Source of the DNA: Pseudobdellovibrionaceae bacterium
GTDB lineage: Bacteria > Bdellovibrionota > Bdellovibrionia > Bdellovibrionales > Bdellovibrionaceae
Reading direction: 5' to 3'
DNA length: 25,084 nucleotides
Assembly (NCBI GenBank): GCA_044359815.1
Contig: JBIKLL010000036.1
Coordinates: forward strand, 1 to 25,084
Part shown: positions 19,240 through 25,084 of the stretch, one piece after another
Layout: the number at the start of each line of letters is the position of its first letter
Numbering within the stretch: position 1 is the stretch's first letter
Position numbers and translations under genes: made by a program
The notes under the pieces: model-generated
The model's input: the letters and a program-made list of their open reading frames with translations, nothing else
Told to the model about the DNA's origin: nothing
Databases searched by the model: none

Positions 19240-20682
19240 ATGAACAGGGACTTTGTTCTGATTTATCTGAATGGCAAGCGACTTGAAATCAGGGGCAGGG
19301 ATTGCTTTTTGATGATGAGCGATTATCTGCGCTACCAAAAGCAAATGACGGGCACCAAGGTTGTCTGTGCTGAAGGCGATTGCGGAGCCTGCACCTGCCT
19401 AAGATTTTCACCTTTGTCTGCTGAGCAAAGATTTGTTTCCTTTAATTCTTGTATAATGCCAGTGGCTTTATTAGATGGAAGCCACATAATCACCGTTGAA
19501 GGAATTGCCGAAGATTCCGGCTTAAACCCCATTCAAAAGGCCATGGTCGAATGCAATGGTTCACAGTGCGGATTTTGCACACCGGGTTTTGTAATGTCCT
19601 ATTGTGATTTGTTTGAGAGAAAGCCCGGTAAACTACAACAAACCATCACCGAAAAAAATATTAAAAATGCACTGACTGGCAATCTGTGTCGGTGCACAGG
19701 CTATCAATCAATCATAGATGCTGGCAGTAAAATTAAAAAACTGGCCACTGTTTCTGACCGTTACAGAAATCCAAAAATTGAATCAGAGCTTTCATCACAT
19801 TTAAAAAAATCAGTTTACATCAAACATGAAGATTTAATTTTTTATGCACCCACAACCGTAAAAGCTGCTACCGCTTTCAAAGCCAAAAACAAAAATGCCA
19901 TGGTCTTTTCCGCTGCGACGGACCTGGGTGTGCCAATCAACAAGGGTAAGCTGAAACCCAAAGCTCTATTAAGCCTGAACCTGATAGCTGATTTGTATAA
20001 ATCCAAATTTTCAAAGACCACAAAATCTTATATGATTGGCGCCAAGGTAACCCTGACCGAAATTGAAAATACCTTGGGGCCACAGATACCAGAATTTGAA
20101 AAACTGCTTCAGGTTTTTGCATCACCTCAAATCAAAAATTCAGCGACGTTGGCCGGCAATGTGGCCAATGGATCACCTATTGGTGACACCCTGCCCTTTT
20201 TGTCAGTGATCGGAGCCTGGGTGCATTTACAGGGACAGAGCTCAAAACGTAAAATCGCCTTTAACAAATTTTATAAGGGCTATCGAAAGCCAGATATCAA
20301 AACAGACGAAATCATAACCGCCATTGAAATCCCTATCCCCGAACCTGAGGAAATTCTGCGTCTGTACAAGGTCAGTCAGCGAAAGGATTTAGACATTTCG
20401 GTGGTCAGCGCTGGGATCAGAACCGTGATTAAAGAAAATAAAATTATAGAGTTTAAGTTCAGCCTTGGCGGAGTGGCTGAAACTGTAAAACCCCTGCCAT
20501 TGACTGAAAAGTTTTTGACACAAAAACTAATTTCAGATGAGACGATTCAGAAAGCCTGTCAGGTTTTATCCAAAGAAATCAAACCACTGTCAGATCTGAG
20601 GGGACAATCTGATTATCGCAATAAATTATCGCAAAATTTCCTGATCAAGTTTTTTAAAGAAATCGAACATGACAGAATTTAA
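19240..20682 (+). CDS. xdhA: Xanthine dehydrogenase small subunit (2Fe-2S plus FAD domains)
   Basis: GTKVVCAEGDCGACT, SQCGFCTPGF, GNLCRCTGY, FASPQIKNSATLAGNVANGSPIGD, KVSQRKDLDIS motifs. Confidence 0.94.
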   Translation: MNRDFVLIYLNGKRLEIRGRDCFLMMSDYLRYQKQMTGTKVVCAEGDCGACTCLRFSPLSAEQRFVSFNSCIMPVALLDGSHIITVEGIAEDSGLNPIQKAMVECNGSQCGFCTPGFVMSYCDLFERKPGKLQQTITEKNIKNALTGNLCRCTGYQSIIDAGSKIKKLATVSDRYRNPKIESELSSHLKKSVYIKHEDLIFYAPTTVKAATAFKAKNKNAMVFSAATDLGVPINKGKLKPKALLSLNLIADLYKSKFSKTTKSYMIGAKVTLTEIENTLGPQIPEFEKLLQVFASPQIKNSATLAGNVANGSPIGDTLPFLSVIGAWVHLQGQSSKRKIAFNKFYKGYRKPDIKTDEIITAIEIPIPEPEEILRLYKVSQRKDLDISVVSAGIRTVIKENKIIEFKFSLGGVAETVKPLPLTEKFLTQKLISDETIQKACQVLSKEIKPLSDLRGQSDYRNKLSQNFLIKFFKEIEHDRI

Positions 20683-23005
20683 AAGCAGGCCTTTAGATTC
20701 AGCAACAACACACGTTAGCGGCGAATCCGAATACGTTGATGACAGAAGCATACAATCAGACGAAGTCTTTGTAGAAGTCGTTTACAGCCAAAAAGCTCAT
20801 GCCAAAATTATTGATATAGATTTTAAACAAACTCAGAAAATCAAAGGCTATGTAGCGCATTTTACGGCCAATGATTTAGCTTTTAATAAATGGGGCACAA
20901 TTTTTCAGGATCAACCCTTGTTGGCTGCAGATCAGGTCCAATTTGTGGGTGAACCCATTGCCCTGGTTGTGGCTGACAACCGTTGGATTTTATCTGAATT
21001 AAAAAATTCTGTGGTTGTAAAATATAAGGACCTGCCAGCGATTATGGACATTGATTCTGCCATCAAAGCAAAATCATTTATTGGCGAAACCCGTCGTATC
21101 AACAAAGGCAATTTTGAAAAGGCTTTTGGCGAAAGCCCACACAAACTGACAGGCAAAATCACAATCGCAGGACAAGATCATTTTTATCTGGAATCACAGG
21201 CCTGCGTGACCTACCCCAAAGAAAATTATTTGGAAGTTCATTCAAGCTCACAACATCCCACAGAAGTTCAGCATGTGATTGCACATGCACTGGGCCTAGA
21301 ATCAAAAGACGTGGTTTGTATCGTCAAACGAATGGGTGGAGCTTTTGGTGGCAAGGAATCACAGGCAGCACCCTTTGCTGCCTTTACAGCATGGGTCGCC
21401 AAAAGACTGAATCGCCCTGCCCGATTGGTCCTTACCAAAGACGACGATATGATTATGACTGGCAAGCGCAATCCATTTGAAAACAAATACCAAGTGGGTT
21501 TTGATCAAACGGGAAAACTGCTGGCGCTAAAGGTAGATCTTTTTTCTGATGGTGGAGCCTATGCTGATTTATCAACGGCGATTATGGAAAGAGCCATGCT
21601 TCATTGTGATAATGCCTATTTTATCCCAAACGTCAGCATCATTGGCACTGTTTGCAAAACTCATCATCACCCACACACGGCCTTTCGTGGTTTTGGTGGT
21701 CCCAAAGGTGTTGCCACTATCGAAAACATTATTGAGGAAATTGCTCAGGCATTGGGTAAAGACGCCTTAGAGATCAGAAAACTAAATTGCTACAAAGTTT
21801 CCAAAGACAACCAGACACCCTATGGACAGATTGTGCAAAACAACAATCTGCCAAAATTATTTGAAACCCTCGAGCATTCTGCAAATTATTGGCAAAGACG
21901 AAAACTTATTACTGAAAAAAACCAGACTGACAAATTTTATCTGTACGGAATGTCCATGACTGCCGTGAAATTTGGGATTTCATTCACCACCCGTTTTTTA
22001 AATCAGGGAAGCGCCTTGGTAAATATTTATACCGATGGTTCGATTCAAGTTTCAACGGGTGCTACCGAAATGGGTCAAGGGGTTAATACCCGCATAGCTC
22101 AGGTCGTGGCTGATTGTTTTGGCATAAGCCCGTCAAAAATTTCTGTGATGCCCACTTCAACTGAAAAAATTCCTAACACTTCACCAACGGCTGCCAGCAG
22201 TGGCACTGATATCAATGGCAGTGCTGCAAAAATTGCCTGCGAAAAAATTAAGTTTCGCCTAAGCCAACTAGCTGAAAAGGTTCTGGACATCCCCGTTGAA
22301 AAACACGCCCGATTCACTGCGGCTCCAGGCACAGAGGCCGAATATCAATTTACTGATGAGCAAAGCAAACAGTTTTTGTTTAAGGATTCAAAGGTTGCGG
22401 ATCCTGCTAATCCCAACAAAGCCATAATGTTTGAAGACCTGATTAAGGAAGCTTATTTTTCCAGAATTTCATTGCAGGACGTAGGGTATTTTAAATACCC
22501 AGGGATTCATTACAACAAAACCACAGGTGCGGGTGAGCCCTTTTATTATTTCACCCAAGGAACCGCTGTCAGCGAAGTCCAAATTGATCGCTTTACTGGT
22601 GAACTTAAAATTTTGCGCACTGATATTTTGATGGATCTGGGTAATCCCATTAATAAAGATTTAGACATTGGACAAATTGCCGGTGGATTTATACAGGGCA
22701 TGGGCTGGGTGACGACAGAAAAGCTTTATTACAAAAATGGCTTACTGCTGTCGCATTCACCCAGCACTTACAAAATACCTAATGTGCAAGACATCCCTAG
22801 GATTTTTAATATCGATTTATTGTCTAACCCAGATAACAAAAAGAACCTGCACGGAACCAAAGCTGTCGGCGAACCCCCATTGTTGCTGTCACTGTCTGTG
22901 TGGACGGCGATCAAGGATGCTTTGCAAACCCATCAGGGAAAACAGGTTTCCCTGAAACTTCCGGCAACCTTTGAAGAAATTTTTAACCACTTGAACAATC
23001 AATAA
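20669..23005 (+). CDS. xdhB: Xanthine dehydrogenase molybdopterin-binding subunit
   Basis: QDHFYLE, RMGGAFGGKESQ, AFRGFGGP, TEMGQG, PTAASSG, KAVGEPP (substrate-binding Glu/Arg and catalytic Glu motifs intact). Confidence 0.95.
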   Translation: MTEFKSRPLDSATTHVSGESEYVDDRSIQSDEVFVEVVYSQKAHAKIIDIDFKQTQKIKGYVAHFTANDLAFNKWGTIFQDQPLLAADQVQFVGEPIALVVADNRWILSELKNSVVVKYKDLPAIMDIDSAIKAKSFIGETRRINKGNFEKAFGESPHKLTGKITIAGQDHFYLESQACVTYPKENYLEVHSSSQHPTEVQHVIAHALGLESKDVVCIVKRMGGAFGGKESQAAPFAAFTAWVAKRLNRPARLVLTKDDDMIMTGKRNPFENKYQVGFDQTGKLLALKVDLFSDGGAYADLSTAIMERAMLHCDNAYFIPNVSIIGTVCKTHHHPHTAFRGFGGPKGVATIENIIEEIAQALGKDALEIRKLNCYKVSKDNQTPYGQIVQNNNLPKLFETLEHSANYWQRRKLITEKNQTDKFYLYGMSMTAVKFGISFTTRFLNQGSALVNIYTDGSIQVSTGATEMGQGVNTRIAQVVADCFGISPSKISVMPTSTEKIPNTSPTAASSGTDINGSAAKIACEKIKFRLSQLAEKVLDIPVEKHARFTAAPGTEAEYQFTDEQSKQFLFKDSKVADPANPNKAIMFEDLIKEAYFSRISLQDVGYFKYPGIHYNKTTGAGEPFYYFTQGTAVSEVQIDRFTGELKILRTDILMDLGNPINKDLDIGQIAGGFIQGMGWVTTEKLYYKNGLLLSHSPSTYKIPNVQDIPRIFNIDLLSNPDNKKNLHGTKAVGEPPLLLSLSVWTAIKDALQTHQGKQVSLKLPATFEEIFNHLNNQ

Positions 23006-23779
23006 ATGTCACAACTGGATTTTATTAATTCAATAGAACAACTGCAAAAAAACCAAACGCCATTTGTGTTGATTACTTTGGTTGATGAAAAGGGTCATGC
23101 CCCACAGGATGTGGGCGCAAAAGCTATTGTCACCCATCAGGGCCTTTATTTTGGGACTGTGGGTGGTGGCAAAATCGAAGCTAAGGCCATTCTGTTTGCC
23201 CAAAATATTTTGAACCAAACCGAACCCGATCCCAGACATTTAAAAAAATGGAATTTGCAAACCGATGTGGGCATGAGCTGCGGTGGCGAAGTGACTTTAT
23301 TTTTTGAAGGTTATTTTGTTTCAATTAAAAACGTCGTTATATTTGGAGCAGGTCATGTGGCCCAAGCTTTGTGCCGAGTCCTGCTGCCATTGGATTTTCA
23401 AATCACAGTGATCGATCCCAGACCCGAATGGATTGAAAAACTACCGGCTTCCCAAAATCTAGTAGCGACACTGGAACCAACTCCCACCAACAGGGTTAAA
23501 AGCTTTCCTGATGATTGTTTTTTTGTGGTGATGACCCAAGGTCATTCAACAGATTTACCCATACTGGAAGCACTGTTAAAAACTAAAAATCCAAAATACA
23601 TTGGGTCCATCGGCAGCGATGTAAAAGCTCTGAAAATCAAAAAAGATTTGTTAGCACTGGGTGTGGACCCTAATCAGATCGAAAAGCTGCGATGCCCCAT
23701 TGGGATTGATATTCCCAGCAACAATCCCCACGCCATCGCAATCTCTGTCGGCGCTCAGATTTTGCAACACTGCAAATAA
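23006..23779 (+). CDS. xdhC: Xanthine dehydrogenase accessory protein XdhC
   Basis: GTVGGGKIE, GMSCGG, IFGAGHVAQAL, VMTQGHSTD, IGSIGS, CPIG motifs; follows xdhB. Confidence 0.94.
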   Translation: MSQLDFINSIEQLQKNQTPFVLITLVDEKGHAPQDVGAKAIVTHQGLYFGTVGGGKIEAKAILFAQNILNQTEPDPRHLKKWNLQTDVGMSCGGEVTLFFEGYFVSIKNVVIFGAGHVAQALCRVLLPLDFQITVIDPRPEWIEKLPASQNLVATLEPTPTNRVKSFPDDCFFVVMTQGHSTDLPILEALLKTKNPKYIGSIGSDVKALKIKKDLLALGVDPNQIEKLRCPIGIDIPSNNPHAIAISVGAQILQHCK

Positions 23780-23801
23780 ATCCTATCGTTTTAAGAATGG
23801 T

Positions 23802-24220
23802 CCACTTATCTGCGGTTAATTAGAATTTTAAAAAATATTTCTATGGTTTTACACCTTGAGAATACATTTGCGAGCGCGACGTTTAATTTACCGCCGCATA
23901 TCTGGTGATGCGTAAATACAAAGGTAATTTTTTTCACTATTTTTAGACACTCGCTAACGGCCGCGGGCTCATCTCTCGTAATGAGTCATTTAGACTAATC
24001 ACTTTTACGATTAATAAATTATCTTAAACCTGATTAGTCTAAATGACTCAACACCAGATATGCCCCGCGCACTCGCTGCATGTGTCTAAAAACAGTAAAA
24101 ACAAATTATCTTAGCATTTATGCAATACGAGAGATGAGCTTGCGGCCGTTAGCAAGTATTCACAAGGTGTAAAACCATGGAAATATTTTTTTAAAATTCT
24201 AATTAATCGCAGGCAAGTGG
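23802..24220. repeat. Nested composite palindrome E: a minus-strand unit enclosing a plus-strand unit
   Basis: Outer arms 23802-23865 / 24156-24220; minus-unit motifs at 23870-23878 and 24142-24153; middle arms 23909-23950 / 24082-24124; plus-unit motifs at 23953-23964 and 24067-24076; perfect 20-bp inner stem 23982-24001 / 24031-24050. Confidence 0.95.
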
Positions 24221-24262
24221 GTCAGTTATTAAGTTTTTTCGACCAAAAAGCAAAACTTGTTT

Positions 24263-24278
24263 TGGCACTCTGATTGCA
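24263..24278 (+). promoter_or_regulatory. Sigma-54 (-24/-12) promoter
   Basis: TGGCAC-TCTGA-TTGCA matches TGGCAC-N5-TTGCW with correct GG-N10-GC spacing; intergenic and oriented towards the CDS at 24493. Confidence 0.75.
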
Positions 24279-24297
24279 AATTGCTGATTCATCAAAG

Positions 24298-24439
24298 GCA
24301 AAAGGAAACTGAAAGTGATTTTTGTAATGTAGAAAATTCCTGAAGTGATTGTTTAGAAAGCAATTTAAGAACAAACTTCAAAATTTTCCAAGGACAAAAT
24401 CACACCACAGTGGCCCACCGGTGCAAAAGGAAACTGAAA
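24298..24439 (+). repeat. 17-bp direct repeat in the putative 5' leader
   Basis: GCAAAAGGAAACTGAAA at 24298-24314 and 24423-24439, identical. Confidence 0.8.
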
Positions 24440-24492
24440 TTAAAAAACAAAAAACCTGAGCCATAAGGCTCAGCAAAAAATAAGGAGAATCT

Positions 24493-24882
24493 ATGAAAAA
24501 CAATTTCTTAAAACTAACTGCAGCTTTATTGGTAACTGCATTTTCTGCAGCTGCATTTGCTGGCTACGGGATAGGTACCGGTATGGATGACAACAGATAC
24601 TGCTACAACACAGATCGCTTTGGTAAAACCTATGGCAGCCCGGTAAATTCTTTGCTGTGTGCATCGCAATATGTGGTCGCCGAAACCGAATCCGATGGCA
24701 GACATTGTTTTGCGGCCGATGAAGACGGCGACGCTTTTGGATATGCAATTGATGTTAAATACTGCTTTGATCATTATCAAAGTGGCGCAGCTGAAGGTGG
24801 TTACAATGCATGCTTTAGGGCCGATTCAAACAACGTCACCTACGGATATGCTGTAGCTGACAGATATTGCCAAGTATACTAA
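24493..24882 (+). CDS. Secreted protein with three 35-aa C-x18-C repeats
   Basis: Strong SD TAAGGAG; signal peptide ending AAAFA; 6 Cys in three C-x18-C units at a 35-aa period. Confidence 0.88.
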   Translation: MKNNFLKLTAALLVTAFSAAAFAGYGIGTGMDDNRYCYNTDRFGKTYGSPVNSLLCASQYVVAETESDGRHCFAADEDGDAFGYAIDVKYCFDHYQSGAAEGGYNACFRADSNNVTYGYAVADRYCQVY

Positions 24883-24887
24883 ACACC

Positions 24888-25084
24888 AACTGATCCACTT
24901 GCCTGCGGTTAATTAGAATTTTAAAAAAATATTTCTTTGTATTTTATTTCTTGTGGATACATCCAGCGAGCGCGCATGGCATATCTGGTGATGCGTAAAT
25001 GCAAAGATAATTTTTTTCACTATTTTTAGACACTCGCTAACGGCCGCGGGCTCATCTCTCGTAATGAGTCATTTAATTTAGCTA
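24888..25084. repeat. Second nested composite palindrome F (truncated by the window end)
   Basis: Diverged direct repeat of about 23801-23992, with GCGAGCGCGC at 24966-24975 and GCTAACGGCCGC at 25036-25047 in the same arrangement as E. Confidence 0.92.

Noticed and set aside
24290..24480. c-di-GMP-I riboswitch suggested by GGCAAA and GCAAAA
   Set aside because: The expected P2 stem with GNRA loop and the downstream receptor stem are not visible.
1190..24856. Numerous 60-111 aa ORFs overlapping the main genes
   Set aside because: They are antisense or alternate-frame shadows of well-supported CDSs, with no motifs.
12621..25047. Repeats as integron attC sites (CTAAC / GTTAG cores, hairpins after stop codons)
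   Set aside because: Single units lack paired RYYYAAC...GTTRRRY ends, orientations alternate, the composites are much longer than typical attC sites, most intervening genes are housekeeping operons, and there is no integrase in the window.
23802..25084. CRISPR array
   Set aside because: No regularly spaced direct repeats with unique spacers and no cas genes.

Overview
AT-rich bacterial chromosomal window, most likely Bdellovibrionota (inferred from the efp-TPR-tamB-tamA gene order). In order it carries: the 5' end of ruvA and ruvC on the minus strand; a divergent run of TPR protein, efp, a second TPR-like protein, tamB and an Omp85/TamA gene; prpD-prpB; a small secreted protein and an Uup-like ABC-F ATPase on the minus strand; prpC, phoD, terC and xdhABC; and a small secreted 3x35-aa Cys-repeat protein behind a consensus sigma-54 promoter. 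The most unusual feature is an intergenic family of long, modular palindromes. Seven exact copies of GCTAACGGCCGC occur in alternating orientation, most facing a non-complementary partner motif GCGC(G/A)CTCGC across a stem. The stem sequences differ between copies but stay self-complementary within each copy. At 23802-24220 one complete unit sits inside the stem of an oppositely oriented unit, and a second such composite starts at about 24888. No transposase, integrase or cas gene is present in the window. All protein calls rest on motif recognition, not database searches.
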